Made by a program: the position numbers and the translations under genes
Virus record (IMG/VR): IMGVR_UViG_3300046615_000208
Location: 107,753-171,752 of that record
Length of the DNA: 64,000 nucleotides
Source: a virus
Lineage: Duplodnaviria; Caudoviricetes
Strand: one strand, 5' to 3'
Shown here: positions 43,563 to 55,700 of the stretch, one piece after another
How positions within the stretch are numbered: position 1 is the stretch's first letter
Layout of the letters: each line of letters starts with the position of its first letter
The notes under the pieces: generated by a model
Told to the model about the DNA's origin: nothing
Seen by the model: the letters and a program-made list of their open reading frames with translations, nothing else
Database searches by the model: none

Positions 43563-43927
43563 TCATAGGCGTTGGTCAAGATTTCTTGAGGTGGTGGCCG
43601 TATCATTACGGCCACTATCTTCTTGAAAAAGGTATTGACCTCTTGGAACTGTTCAACACACATGATACCCAGCAGGTATTCGATATGATCGATAGCCTGC
43701 TCATTACGGACAGTGTCTATGACGATGCAAATGAGGGTAGAGTTGTTAAGCGCCGTGCACAGCTAAACAAAGAATATGGTAGAATAGGTACTGCCATAGA
43801 TGACGATTTCGCTGCAAAGAACGGCGCAACCGGGGCACTTGATGAACTTGAACCTAACGAAGACGGCTCCCTTCCGGGACTCGAAGGTATCCCCATGATG
43901 GGCGAGTTCTCTCCCCACCCCGAATAA
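43550..43927 (+). CDS. tail assembly chaperone C-terminal extension (probably by -1 frameshift)
   Basis: -1 frame is open across the chaperone stop; only a TTG without an obvious RBS as independent start. Confidence 0.55.
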   Translation, partial: PYRVVIGVGQDFLRWWPYHYGHYLLEKGIDLLELFNTHDTQQVFDMIDSLLITDSVYDDANEGRVVKRRAQLNKEYGRIGTAIDDDFAAKNGATGALDELEPNEDGSLPGLEGIPMMGEFSPHPE

Positions 43928-43945
43928 GTCTATGATGAAAGTGAA

Positions 43946-46900
43946 GTGGTTTGGTTGGCCATTATCGGTAGTGCGTCTATCCAAATCCGCGCAGACGACA
44001 AGTTTTTTGAAGCGGATGTACAACGCGCAGTCAAGCGCATCAAAAATGTTGCTATCCAGCTAAAAGCTGACGTAGACCTCACAAAAGCCTCGAAGAAAAT
44101 CCGTGATCTTAGGTACCGCATCACTTCCAAGGATGCGGTACTTAAGATTGACGCAAACGTAGCCAAGGCAGAAGAAAAGCTGGCACGTCTTCTCGCTAAG
44201 TTCATCGACAAAGACTTGAACTTCAATGTGGTCGCAAACACACAAGGCGCAAACACTGCCTTGCGCCAACTTGACGAACGCTATAGAAATAGAAGAATCC
44301 CCTTCACCGCGCAAGCTGACACTGCCGCTGCGCGTGCGCAACTAGCATGGGCCGCTCGTAACCGCAGTGTGGGATTCACGGCGCACCTTGACCCGTCCAC
44401 ACGCAGGGCACTCCAAGGTATGTTCAATACCTTGACAGGAACTCTTCCGTTTGAGAAGATCAAGGGTGCCATTACGGGTATGGCTGCTAACTTTGAAGGC
44501 CTTGCCGTCAAGGGTTCCGCAGCAGTCGCCGTGATCGGTAACCTCGCTGCTGAGGTTCTGACCTTGGGTGCCAACATCCTGAGTATCGGTGGTGACGTAA
44601 CCCAGCTTGTGGGACTCGCCGCCCTGCTCCCTGCTGCCTTCGGGTCGATGGCCTCTATGATGGTCGTCAACAAGATGGCATGGAATGACTTTGGTGATGC
44701 CCTCACAGGGACCGGTAAGAAAGCCTCCCAAGCACTAGCTAAGCTCAACCCTATCGCAAAAGAAGCTGTACTGGGACTCAAGGGAACATGGACCGCGATC
44801 CAGAAGCCTGTCCAGAATGCCTTCTGGACCAAGATGGGCACCTCCCTTCAGGACACCGTTCATAAGCTCCTGCCGTCCCTAAAGACTGGTCTCTCCGGAA
44901 TTGCAAGCTCCATGGGTGGGCTTACAAGGGAGACCCTTCTAGCATTCGGTAAGCTCTCTGACGGAACCCTCAACAAAATGATGGGGAACCTTGCCAAGGG
45001 TCTTTCCAATCTCCAGCCAGCAGTCCAGCCGTTTATAGGCGCACTGAACACGCTCGGAGAAGTCGGTACCACTTACCTCCCTCAGTTCGGTACATACCTT
45101 GCGGACGCCTCAAAGCACTTCGCCAGCTTCATCGACAACGCTGAGAAGACCGGACAAATCAACGTCTGGATTGAAACCGGTGTTAAGAGACTACAGGAAC
45201 TTGGCTCAATTGCCAAATCGACTGCCGGATTCTTCACAGGTCTGACCAATGCTGCCCGAATGTCAGGGGCACCGGGACTCACCGAAATGGCAGCGGGTAT
45301 GGAGAACCTTGCCGCCGTCGCCAACGACGAGCCTTTCCGTTCCCGTCTTGTTGCCATCCTTGAGGGTGCCCGTGAGGGTGCCGAAAAGCTGGGTGCAGGC
45401 TTCAGGACGCTGACCGATTTTGTCTCGAAGTCGGCACCGGCTATTGGGCTGTTCCTTTCTGCTGCCGGTAGGGTCGGCCAGCTTACTTTCGAGAACATCA
45501 CCGGACTGTTTGACGGCACCGGCCTAGGCAGTGGCCTCATGGACGCTGTTGGTGGTCTTGGGGATGCCATGGAGTTGATGAAGCCCGGATTCAAGGACTT
45601 GGGGTCGCTTCTTGGTGACCTCGGAGAAATCGCGGGTGAAGTCCTCCGCAACATGGCTCCCGGCCTAAACCAGCTTTTCTCTACACTTGGTGGCGTAATT
45701 GCTGGTTTCAAGGACGGCGTCATGAACGCCATGCCTGTCTTCAACGAGTTCATTCAGGCTATGATGGGTCTGGCTTCTGGTCCAATTGTAGCCCTCGCAG
45801 AGACACTTGGCAACCTCCTTACTGGCTTCTCACAGCTTCCCGGAGGAATCCAGACTGTCATCATGTCCATCGGGCTATTCCTGCTCCTGAAGCCTAAGCT
45901 CATGAACATGTTCACCGGCTTCGCGGCATCAGCTTCCTCAGCATTCAAAGGACTCGCTACCACTGTGGATTCCGAAGGCAACCGCACTTCTACCGCCTTC
46001 GGTAAAAACATGGACAAGATTAAAACCGCGTGGGGGTCTGTAAGCACGGCCTTTAACAACCCTAGTGTAGGTAACGGTCCCGTCCGACAAATGGACAGGA
46101 TTGCGGCAGGCGCGGGGCAGGTTAGGAGTGCCCTAGGGACCACAGCTAACCAAGGACTCCGTGGTGCCGCGAACGGTGCCATAGGTCTGCTTGGTGGCCC
46201 ATGGGGTGCCGCGCTTGCTGTTGCCGCTGTCGGTATCGGTATCTTTGCCGAACATCAGGCAAATGCCAAGGCTGAAGTTGACGCCCTTGCTGGTGCTTTG
46301 AACCAGCAGACCGGAGCCTTTACCTCTGCTGGTAAGGGTCTGGTAATGGACAAGGTAATGGATGTCAAGGCGAACTGGTGGGACGACTTCAACCGTCTTG
46401 GTCAGAAGAACATGAAGGAGTTGGTGGCAGCAACTCACATGAATATGACTGATGTCGCCAACACGCTGGGTGATCCGAAGGGTAGGGACGAATATCTCAA
46501 GAACTGGGACGCGCTCGTAAATGCCGCCGGTGAGGGAAATGATGTCACCGACCAAATGGCAGCTTCTGTCCATATGACGAAGGAGCAGTTCGCAGGTCTC
46601 TCCGAGATAAACCTTCAAGACATCAACGGCCAGATGAAGAAGGGTGCCGAGCTTGCAAAGCAGGCCGAAGAGAAGGTCAAGGGTGTCGCTGATGCAATGC
46701 AGGTCAACACCATCGTTGCAGGCCAGTTGTCCAAGAACTATGACATCCTCTCTGACTCAACGTCAAGTGCGGATGCAAAGTTTGGTGCCCTAAAACAGAA
46801 CCTCGACCTACTCAACGGTAGCCAACTCACCGCACGTGCGTCCAGCCGAGATTACCAGCAGAGTTTGGCGAACACTGGCGACGAAATCAAGCGCCTTGTC

Positions 46901-49771
46901 ACCGAGAACCATGGAGTCATCGACTCCACTGGTAAGATCGATGCTGCCTTCCGTAACACTCTTGTGAACGCGAAGGGCCAGTTCTCTGACGCCACCCAAG
47001 GCTCACGAGACTTCTCCATTGCCATGGAAAGCTCCGCTGACGCTATCCTGAAGCAGGGTACCAACGCACTCCAGCTAGCCCTACAGGCAGGCGACAGCCT
47101 TCCAGACGCACAGGCCAAGGCGCTTGCCGCCATGGACGCTCCTATGGGTGCAATGCGTGCAAACCTCTCCAAGCTTGGCTTTGACACCGAGCAGGTCAAT
47201 GGTATCATGAAGTCGCTGGGTCTTGACCCGGACAAGCTTAAGGGTGCCCTTTCAGTCGATACAGCCAAGGCTCAAATTGACATTGCCCGTACAGCACTGG
47301 CCGCTGACGCATTCTCCAAGGGTAACTACACCGCTGTACTGGCCGCTCTCCCTGACGAAGCCAAGAAGAAGATCGGTGAAGCTACCGGAACGGCTGAACT
47401 GTTTGCCAAAGGTGACTACGAAGGTATTCTTAAGGTTCTTGACGAGACTCCGGGTAAGCGAGAAGCTGCTTTGGCGGCATTCCTCAGCTATGATGGAACA
47501 GAGTGGTGGTCCTACCTAAAGGCCCACAACCTCATCCCGGATGAAGTCCTAAAGGCTAACAAGGACGTTGAAGGGCTTATCCCTGAGAAGACCCTTCAAC
47601 TCAAGGCCCAAGACAACGCAAAACCTATCTTGGATGGCCTTAATGCCTACATTCTCGGTGACAAGAATTCCAAGCTCACCGTGGACGATCAGATTACTGC
47701 TGTCCTCGCAAGGGTGAACGGCTCGCCGCTTACGGATAAGGACAGCCAGCTAACCACTCGGGACCTTGTTTCAGGGGTTGTTGATCAGGTCAACAGCAAG
47801 GAAATGAAGGGTAAGCTCAACACGCTTCAGACTTCGGACCTTGTTTCCCATGTGATGGATATTGTAAACGCGAAGACCCTTAATGGTAAGTCGAACACGC
47901 TTACCACTAAGGACCTTGCAAGCATCGTTGTTCACGCCGCTAATGAGGTTGTTCTCAAGAACAAAGAGAACACCCTCAGCACTACTGTCCGAACCATCTT
48001 CCAGACATTGGGGCAACCACCATCGGGCATAGCTAGAGCCGCTGGTCCACAGGCAGCCGAACAGGCTAATGGTGGTGTTTGGAGCGGTGGCGGTATCCAG
48101 AGATTCGCCAATGGTGGATTCAGTCAAGCAGTAAAGGCGTTTGCAAGGGGCGGACGCGAAAATCACGTTGCCCAAATTGCAAGAGGCGCATGGCCTGCAC
48201 GTGTGTGGGCCGAACCGGAGACTGGGGGAGAGGCCTACATACCTCTCAGCAAGGCAAAGCGCCCCCGCTCTTTGAAGATTCTTGAAGAGGTCGCCAAGAC
48301 GTTTGGCATGTCTCTCTTCAAGATGTCTTTCGCTAACGGTGGAACAACTGGTGGAAGCCCAGCCTCATCGGCTGGATCATCCTTCAGTGCTGCCTCCAAT
48401 GGTAAGGTACCTGCTGCCCTTCTGTCAAGCATCTCTCACAGCCTGCTAAACAATGGCGGCGGACTGAACAACATTGGTCAGAACATTGTAGATGGTATAA
48501 TTGGTGGTGTCAATAACAGGCGCGGTGATGCTGTTGTTGCCATGGAAAACCTCAGTGACGACCTTGAGAACACCGTACGAACCAAACTCGACATCCACTC
48601 TCCGTCCAAGGCATTCCTTGCACTCGGAAGGTACATCGTTGATGGTCTTGCTGTTGGTATCAAAACCAACGCTGGCATTGTCTACAAGAACATGGATACG
48701 CTGATCAACCGAATCTACATGGCTAGTTCGGACGTTGCCAAGGCAACGGGACGAAGCACGGCCAGTTCTCTAGCCCTGCTCAGGTCCCAGAGGACGCTCA
48801 GTGCAGAGTGGTCAAAGATAGCTCCGAAAACGTTCACGGACGCTATCGTAGACTACTACCAGAAGACTGGAAGCACCGGAAACCGCACACTAGCTGATAT
48901 TGTCCGCGCTCGTGATGACGTTACCTTCCGTCTCGGTCAGGCTAACGAGCGTCTGAAGACTCAGAACGCGGACTACGCCAACACCGTCAAGGATGTCTCA
49001 TCCAAGATGAACAGCGAGTTCAAGCTGGGAACGAATATCCTCTCGGACAGCCAGCCGTACGTCCCTAAAATGAAGTTCGAAGATGTCAAGACGTACGCCA
49101 CTGGTGTGCTAGGCCGTCTCCGCTCCTTCAACTCCAAGCTCCAGAAGCTTCGCAAGGCCGGGGTCGCTCCGGCCCTCATTAACGAGGTCGCTCAGCTAGG
49201 GTCCGCAGAAGGCAGCGCCATGGCTGACGCTCTGCTCGACGGTAGCAGCAAGGACATCCAAGGTCTGAACGCGGATGTAGCGGCCATAGCAGGCATTTCG
49301 AACCAGATTGGCGTCTCTACCGCAGACGGCATGTATAAGGCCGGTCTGGACGCCACCAAGGGTCTTGTAGCGGGTCTTCTGAAGGACCAGTCCTCCTTGA
49401 CTCAGGCGGCTACCCAGATCAGCAACAGGCTCATCAACACGGTCAAGAGTACCCTCGGTATCCGTTCTCCATCCCGTGTGTTCGCTCAGCTTGGGCGATA
49501 CACTACAGAGGGCTACATTGTCGGTCTAGACCAGATGCAGCCGGTTCTCGACCAACGTGTGTCGGCGCTTGTCAATCCTTCACCGCGCAGGAGTAGCTTC
49601 AACGGATTCAAGGGTGCCACAGGTACCACACCCGCTGTGGCCCCCACAGCACAATCCGCAGCGGCTCCGACCATTGTCACCAATGTTTACCCTTCTCAGG
49701 GTCTGAACGAGACGCAGGTAGCCAACTCCGTTTCGGAGAACATCTACTGGCGACTATCTACCAAAATTTAG
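43946..49771 (+). CDS. tape measure protein
   Basis: 1941 aa, Ala/Gly/Leu-rich helical; GGPWG, FANGG repeats, AEPETGGEAYIPL, two I.SPS repeats; start may be TTG 43955. Confidence 0.93.
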   Translation: MVWLAIIGSASIQIRADDKFFEADVQRAVKRIKNVAIQLKADVDLTKASKKIRDLRYRITSKDAVLKIDANVAKAEEKLARLLAKFIDKDLNFNVVANTQGANTALRQLDERYRNRRIPFTAQADTAAARAQLAWAARNRSVGFTAHLDPSTRRALQGMFNTLTGTLPFEKIKGAITGMAANFEGLAVKGSAAVAVIGNLAAEVLTLGANILSIGGDVTQLVGLAALLPAAFGSMASMMVVNKMAWNDFGDALTGTGKKASQALAKLNPIAKEAVLGLKGTWTAIQKPVQNAFWTKMGTSLQDTVHKLLPSLKTGLSGIASSMGGLTRETLLAFGKLSDGTLNKMMGNLAKGLSNLQPAVQPFIGALNTLGEVGTTYLPQFGTYLADASKHFASFIDNAEKTGQINVWIETGVKRLQELGSIAKSTAGFFTGLTNAARMSGAPGLTEMAAGMENLAAVANDEPFRSRLVAILEGAREGAEKLGAGFRTLTDFVSKSAPAIGLFLSAAGRVGQLTFENITGLFDGTGLGSGLMDAVGGLGDAMELMKPGFKDLGSLLGDLGEIAGEVLRNMAPGLNQLFSTLGGVIAGFKDGVMNAMPVFNEFIQAMMGLASGPIVALAETLGNLLTGFSQLPGGIQTVIMSIGLFLLLKPKLMNMFTGFAASASSAFKGLATTVDSEGNRTSTAFGKNMDKIKTAWGSVSTAFNNPSVGNGPVRQMDRIAAGAGQVRSALGTTANQGLRGAANGAIGLLGGPWGAALAVAAVGIGIFAEHQANAKAEVDALAGALNQQTGAFTSAGKGLVMDKVMDVKANWWDDFNRLGQKNMKELVAATHMNMTDVANTLGDPKGRDEYLKNWDALVNAAGEGNDVTDQMAASVHMTKEQFAGLSEINLQDINGQMKKGAELAKQAEEKVKGVADAMQVNTIVAGQLSKNYDILSDSTSSADAKFGALKQNLDLLNGSQLTARASSRDYQQSLANTGDEIKRLVTENHGVIDSTGKIDAAFRNTLVNAKGQFSDATQGSRDFSIAMESSADAILKQGTNALQLALQAGDSLPDAQAKALAAMDAPMGAMRANLSKLGFDTEQVNGIMKSLGLDPDKLKGALSVDTAKAQIDIARTALAADAFSKGNYTAVLAALPDEAKKKIGEATGTAELFAKGDYEGILKVLDETPGKREAALAAFLSYDGTEWWSYLKAHNLIPDEVLKANKDVEGLIPEKTLQLKAQDNAKPILDGLNAYILGDKNSKLTVDDQITAVLARVNGSPLTDKDSQLTTRDLVSGVVDQVNSKEMKGKLNTLQTSDLVSHVMDIVNAKTLNGKSNTLTTKDLASIVVHAANEVVLKNKENTLSTTVRTIFQTLGQPPSGIARAAGPQAAEQANGGVWSGGGIQRFANGGFSQAVKAFARGGRENHVAQIARGAWPARVWAEPETGGEAYIPLSKAKRPRSLKILEEVAKTFGMSLFKMSFANGGTTGGSPASSAGSSFSAASNGKVPAALLSSISHSLLNNGGGLNNIGQNIVDGIIGGVNNRRGDAVVAMENLSDDLENTVRTKLDIHSPSKAFLALGRYIVDGLAVGIKTNAGIVYKNMDTLINRIYMASSDVAKATGRSTASSLALLRSQRTLSAEWSKIAPKTFTDAIVDYYQKTGSTGNRTLADIVRARDDVTFRLGQANERLKTQNADYANTVKDVSSKMNSEFKLGTNILSDSQPYVPKMKFEDVKTYATGVLGRLRSFNSKLQKLRKAGVAPALINEVAQLGSAEGSAMADALLDGSSKDIQGLNADVAAIAGISNQIGVSTADGMYKAGLDATKGLVAGLLKDQSSLTQAATQISNRLINTVKSTLGIRSPSRVFAQLGRYTTEGYIVGLDQMQPVLDQRVSALVNPSPRRSSFNGFKGATGTTPAVAPTAQSAAAPTIVTNVYPSQGLNETQVANSVSENIYWRLSTKI

Positions 49772-49777
49772 GAAATT

Positions 49778-50638
49778 ATGTACCTCAAAACTGACAGAAT
49801 CATAGTGACGCTGAAGGGCATCAATTTCCGTTCCTACCGTTTGGGCGGTACGGGCGAGTATGTACTCGACCCTACCGCCCTTACGGGGTGGGACGACGGA
49901 GTGAATGTCCGCAGAAATGCAACTGTACGCCCCGTCTCAAATGGTGACTTCAAGGAGCCATACACTTTTTCGTCCCGACTTATTGGTATCTCGGGTACTG
50001 CAATTGCCGCAAGCCGTGGAGAGCTTCAGAGAATGCGCGATGCTCTGGCTGGAATCCTAGCTGACGGCGAATATGCAGATATCAGCGTAGAGACCAGCGA
50101 CTCAACTCGGTACGCTGTTGTGGGCCTTGAAAAGTCGCTGGAGTGGACACAGCAGCACGATAGGGTTGCGGTGTTTCGTCTGGAGCTTTATGCTCCGGAC
50201 CCGCATATCTATGGTTCGGAGAGGACTGTAACACTCGGCGCTACAAATGACGTGGGAGGCGGTCTGATCTACCCTATCTCGTACCCGATAAGCTACAATC
50301 CGCAAGGCCTACTGGAGTTCTCTCCTGCATTGCGTAATACGGGTAACGCTTTTGCGTGGCCTAAATTTAAGGTTACGGGGGATTACTACTCTGGGTTTAC
50401 TCTCACCGATGGTGGGGACAACAAAGTCACCTACAGTGGCATGGTCAGTAGCGCTGCTCCGGTGGAGATAGATATGGGTAGGGGAACTGCAATTCAAAAC
50501 GGTACTGACAAAACGGTACTGATCTCTGAACGGGACTGGTTCGGTATCCCACCGGGAGAAACAATCAAACCACAATTCAATCCGCTTCAGAGCGGTGTTG
50601 GCTGGTGTGATATAATCATTAGAGATACTTTTATCTAG
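49778..50638 (+). CDS. minor tail protein (Dit-like)
   Basis: Follows the TMP; LYAPDP.IYG, NTGNA.AWP. Confidence 0.8.
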   Translation: MYLKTDRIIVTLKGINFRSYRLGGTGEYVLDPTALTGWDDGVNVRRNATVRPVSNGDFKEPYTFSSRLIGISGTAIAASRGELQRMRDALAGILADGEYADISVETSDSTRYAVVGLEKSLEWTQQHDRVAVFRLELYAPDPHIYGSERTVTLGATNDVGGGLIYPISYPISYNPQGLLEFSPALRNTGNAFAWPKFKVTGDYYSGFTLTDGGDNKVTYSGMVSSAAPVEIDMGRGTAIQNGTDKTVLISERDWFGIPPGETIKPQFNPLQSGVGWCDIIIRDTFI

Positions 50639-50654
50639 TAGAAGGAACGACAAA

Positions 50655-51578
50655 ATGACTTCAGGTTGGGGCGTAGATGCCACTGTCTCAGGCGGTGTAG
50701 CGACATCTGGAACAACAGCATCGGATGTTCGCAAGGTATGGGGTGCTCTTTATTCGAAGGGTATCGTCAGCGGGTGCAAAATCACACGAAGCGGCTCGGC
50801 TATGACTTATACAGTCAGCAGCGGGGTAATAGCTATTTCGACATCAAGTGGGCAAGTGGTCATGGCCCCCGTCCAAGGCGTATCGGTGACCGCGAGTAGT
50901 CCGCCCGCATCAGGTACCCGCGTGGATGTGGTATTTGTTACTCAGAACCAACCGGGTGACGGTGACTCCGATGTTTCTGTACGTGTTTTGTCCTTTGCGA
51001 CCACAGGGGCAGTTGTCCTGCCGGATTGGTCTCAAGAAATAGGACGTTTCACGGTGTCTGCGGGGCAGTCAGGCTCTAACGCAGCCACACAAATTGGAGA
51101 TGTTATCTACTCCATCCCATACGGTGGCACTCTAGGTCGTCTCCATTACTGGCAGAACAAGTATGATGGGGTGCTTACCAATCCGCTGAAGCGAGAGGGC
51201 TACGGAACTTTTGATCTGCCTACAGATAGACTTGTCAGGTTTACCTACCGTGCAGTTCTGAGTGCCCAAAATGCGGCTGGGTTTGATAACAGTAAATACT
51301 GCGAGTATGGGTACATCTTCAACTCCGACCGCATCGGCGGCTCTGGAGACTTTATTATTCATACCACTCCGGGTCTACACCAAGCTTGGGGAACATATGA
51401 GTTCAACTCTACCATTATTCTCCCTGCCGGTAAGAACACAGTGTCCATGGCAGGGGTTAGGACCGTTGGTCCGGGTACTGTGGTACAGCATTATGGTACG
51501 GACGCTATGGGATATGGCCGTAATGGTGGCGAGTTTTCCGTGGTAGACCTCGGCCCTGCCAACTACGTTGGTCTCTAA
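50655..51578 (+). CDS. minor tail protein
   Basis: TRVDVV, V.D.G terminal motif; position. Confidence 0.7.
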   Translation: MTSGWGVDATVSGGVATSGTTASDVRKVWGALYSKGIVSGCKITRSGSAMTYTVSSGVIAISTSSGQVVMAPVQGVSVTASSPPASGTRVDVVFVTQNQPGDGDSDVSVRVLSFATTGAVVLPDWSQEIGRFTVSAGQSGSNAATQIGDVIYSIPYGGTLGRLHYWQNKYDGVLTNPLKREGYGTFDLPTDRLVRFTYRAVLSAQNAAGFDNSKYCEYGYIFNSDRIGGSGDFIIHTTPGLHQAWGTYEFNSTIILPAGKNTVSMAGVRTVGPGTVVQHYGTDAMGYGRNGGEFSVVDLGPANYVGL

Positions 51579-52688
51579 ATGTGGAGTGCATATCTTTTCC
51601 AAACGACAACAGGGCGGATAGGGCCAAGACTTAATTATGAGACAGTGGACTGGTCTATCGATCTAAATGATGTTGAAGGTATCAACCTAAGGCTCCGTAA
51701 GAGTGAACTACCGGACATTAACCTAAAAAAGTGGCTCTCTCCGTGGTGGGCTGGTGTGGTGCTTCTATGGAACAGAACGCCCGTTGTGGCGGGACCACTT
51801 ATCAGTAGGCCATATGAGAATACTGATTTCATTACTATAGGCTGCGGAGGAATCCGTTCTGTACTGACCAAGAGGTTTGTAGTCGAAGAATTCTCCAACT
51901 GGGACGATCTACCAAGGAAGGGGCATCTTGGCTGGAAAGATTACAGTCTAGGTACCATCGCAAAGAAGGTAGTACAGGCTGCACAGGACAAACCGGGTGG
52001 TAAACTTCCTATTACATATGCCCTCCCAGATATTGCAGGAATCCACGAAAGAAACTATGAAGGTTTCAATGTAGCTAACCTCACTGCCGATGGCGTTCTG
52101 TCGAATTTGTCAGACGTTACTGGCGGACCTGATATAATGTTTAAACCAAGACTTTTGCAAGACAGTGTTTTGACATTTGATATGTGGACAGGCACTGACA
52201 CCCAGCCGAGGATTTACCAGAAGCACACTCCTGTATGGGACGTGACCCCTGTTAGGGGTTCTGTCGTTGACATGAACCTTATTACAACTGGAACATACCA
52301 GACAGGTAGAGTGTACGCAGTCGGTACCGGTCAGGACAGAGGTACCGTAATCAAGGTAGAAACTGATCCTACCATGATTCAGCAGGAATATCCACTTCTT
52401 GAGTCCTATATTAGCTACTCAAACAGTGAAGACCCGCAGGTCGTTCAAGGACACGCCAAGGCGAGTCTGGAGGCCAACATCGGCCCACTGGTTGAGATAC
52501 AGATGACCGTAAGAGGTGACGGAGATATTCCCTTCGGGGAATTCTGGCCGGGAGACCTCGTGAATGTAGCGACTAAGGGATGGTTGGCTATCCCTGATGG
52601 TATGACCCAGATGCGCCTTTTGAGCATGTCTGGAGACAGCAGCAACAACGTGAAGGTCAGCCTCCAAAGGGATGACCGTTACACGTAA
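51579..52688 (+). CDS. minor tail protein (baseplate hub-like)
   Basis: VVAGP, GGPD..F.P, YPLLE, PGD.V motifs. Confidence 0.75.
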   Translation: MWSAYLFQTTTGRIGPRLNYETVDWSIDLNDVEGINLRLRKSELPDINLKKWLSPWWAGVVLLWNRTPVVAGPLISRPYENTDFITIGCGGIRSVLTKRFVVEEFSNWDDLPRKGHLGWKDYSLGTIAKKVVQAAQDKPGGKLPITYALPDIAGIHERNYEGFNVANLTADGVLSNLSDVTGGPDIMFKPRLLQDSVLTFDMWTGTDTQPRIYQKHTPVWDVTPVRGSVVDMNLITTGTYQTGRVYAVGTGQDRGTVIKVETDPTMIQQEYPLLESYISYSNSEDPQVVQGHAKASLEANIGPLVEIQMTVRGDGDIPFGEFWPGDLVNVATKGWLAIPDGMTQMRLLSMSGDSSNNVKVSLQRDDRYT

Positions 52689-52709
52689 GAGACAAACGAT
52701 GAGGCAGTA

Positions 52710-55700
52710 ATGGAAGTAAGACGAATTAACCCTGAAGCGGGAGTTGTCCGAGAGATCATTGACCTTCGAAGGAGGGTCAGGTCTCAGGAAACTAGAGCAT
52801 CCGGTAATATTGTCGTCCGCGAAACACTAACGGCTGTAGACCCCGATACCGGTGTAGAAACCATCATCGGACTCCTTCCAGACGGCACGTACGGCTTCCA
52901 GCCGTTCGTAGGGGACATTATCCCACCTCCGGTGGCTACAGCCCCTACAGCGACCGCACAGCCCGGTTTGATGACCGTCCGCTGGGACGGTAAGTTCGTT
53001 GCCGATGCTGCCAAGCCACGAGACTTTGAACAGGTCAACGTCATCGGCCACAAGATCGTGGACGGCGTGACTGTATCCAGCGCGACCATCGGCCTGATCC
53101 GTAACAAGGATGCCGCTTCCTACATCAACGAAGAGGTCATTGCCGAGGATGAGACATGGCAGTTCTCCCTTGAATCTGAGGACTACAACGGCAACAAGGC
53201 TGCTCTGAGTGCACGCAGCCCCATAATCACCATGATCGGCATCATGTCCCCTGCCCTTGTCGAGGACAAGCTTCAGGAGCTACGCGACGAGGACACTGCT
53301 CTTAGTGATCGCGCCGACCAGACACAGGACGCCCTAGCAGACGCTCAGGCGCTTGCTGACGCCCTGCTTGCGAAGGGGCAGAACCTTGCCATCAACGGTG
53401 ACTTTGACGTGCCTCTGGTGGCAGGAAAGCCTGTTACCGGCTGGCCTAGCTTTACGCTGTCGTCCATTGGGACCACTGCATCTGTTGCCCGTACAGGAAC
53501 ACAGTACCTTAGGGCTGCACCGCTGTCAACTCCAGCCTACGCCTACACCAACGATGTGTCTTCCGCCAGCGGACGCATCTACCGTGCCGAGTACTGGGCC
53601 AAGCTTGCACAGACCGCAACGGTCACCGATGGCACTACAGGCCTTGGGTTCCTCTTTACCACTACCGACCTTGATGGCACTGTAACCGCCAACGCGGTTA
53701 CCGATACAACTGTTCCAGTCGCATCTCTTACCACTAGCACATGGGTAAAGGTAACCAAGGATTATACTGTAACATCTCCGGCCAACAAAATCAAGTTTGG
53801 GCCGAGAGTCACCGGTAACGGAAACGTTTATTACATCGACAGCTTCAAGGTTACCGATGTCACAGAAGCCCTCGCGGCCCAGCAAAAGGCTGACTCAGCC
53901 TTCGCCAACGCTCAACAGGCCGCTACTGCTGCCGGAACAGCGCAGACTTCAGCCGACACCAAAAACAGGAACTGGTATCAGGCAACTGCCCCGGCAGGTG
54001 TCTCCCACAAAGACGGCGACACTTGGTTCGATACTGACGATGATAACAGAATCTACATCTGGAATGCAACTGCTGGACCGCTTGGCACAGGTGCTTGGAT
54101 CGACATGCGCGACAAGGCCATTGAAGCCGCAAATACCATTGCAACCGGCGCTCAGGCAACTGCGGACGGCAAGAACAAAAACTATTACAACGCCACCAAG
54201 CCTACAGGTGGCACCTATAAGGACGGCGACCAGTGGTTTGACACAGGCAACGGAAACAAGCTCTACCTGTGGAAGACAGCCAGCAATGACTGGATCGCAT
54301 TCCAAGATGCAGCTATTGCTTCTCTGAACGTCGCTGTTACTGCGGCCAAGGCGTCCGCTGACGGTAAGACAACTACATACTACCAGACAACACAGCCCTC
54401 CGGTGGAACCTACATCAAGGGGGACATCTGGATCGACACGGATGACAACTACAAGATGTACATGTACCCCGGAACGGGGACCACATGGACTTCTGTACAG
54501 GACTCCAACGGTGCTCTTCTTGCTGCCAACGGTAAGAACAAATCTACCATGGCGGGTACGGCCCCGTCAAGCCCTGCAACAGGCGACATCTGGATCGACA
54601 CCGCAAACGGTAACCAGATCAAGACTTGGAACGGTGCTGTCTGGTCCGACGCACGAGACACCTCTATAGCCGCTGCTGCTGCTGCTGCTACGGCTGCTCA
54701 AACATCTGCCAACGGTAAGAATAAAAACTACTACCAGACATCTATGCCAACTGGTGGAACCTACATTCTCGGTGACACATGGTTTGATACTGACGACGGG
54801 AATAAGGTTTACATCCACAATGGGTCAACCTTTATCGCTGCACCTTTTGGCACTAACGCTATTGCGAACCAAGCCATCACGAATGCCCAAATCTTTGATG
54901 CCACAATTCAGGCCGCAAAGATTGGGTCTGTAGACGCTGGAACCATCACCGTGGGTACTCTCAGTGCTAACCGCATTGGTGCTGGAACCGTTACAGCAGA
55001 GAAACTTACAATTGGTGTTGGACCTAACATCCTACTGGACCCTGCCTTGCAGGACGCTACACTCAACGCTGCCCGACTAGCTGTGTCAAATGCTAGCGTA
55101 ACTGAAGGTGTGTGGAGCATTGTGGCAGGTGAGGCGGTTCTTACTTACACAGCAGGTACCCATACATCTGCCCAATCCGTATTCAATATGCGCTCAGCTA
55201 GCTCCGGGTCCGTTGCGGCACAAATACCTGTCACTCCCGGAGCGGAATACCGACTAACCACGGAAGCATTTCGTGCAACCGGAACTACCCCGCAGGTACG
55301 TTACGCGATCTACTACAAGAAAACGGACGGATCATTCGTATACGTAGGGGATAGTTCGGGAGCCGCGTACACGTCTCTGACTGTAGACGGCTGGCAGACA
55401 GTGACCCGTAAGTGGGTAGCCCCTGCTGATGCTGTCTTTGCGGGATTCGATTTGCAGACAAACCTTTCGGGAAACGCGAATGGCCTGAAATTCCGTAACC
55501 CTTCGGTGTCTATGAAGGTTGACGGTTCTCTAATCGTGGATGGTTCCATTGTTGCTGGGTCTGCCATTATTGCGGACGGTGCAATTGGAAATGCACAGAT
55601 CACAAATGCCACCATCACTAGCGCAAAGATCAGTGAAATCGACGCTGGGAAGATTCAGTCCGGGTTCATCGATGCTCAGCGAATTGACGCAGGCTCAATC

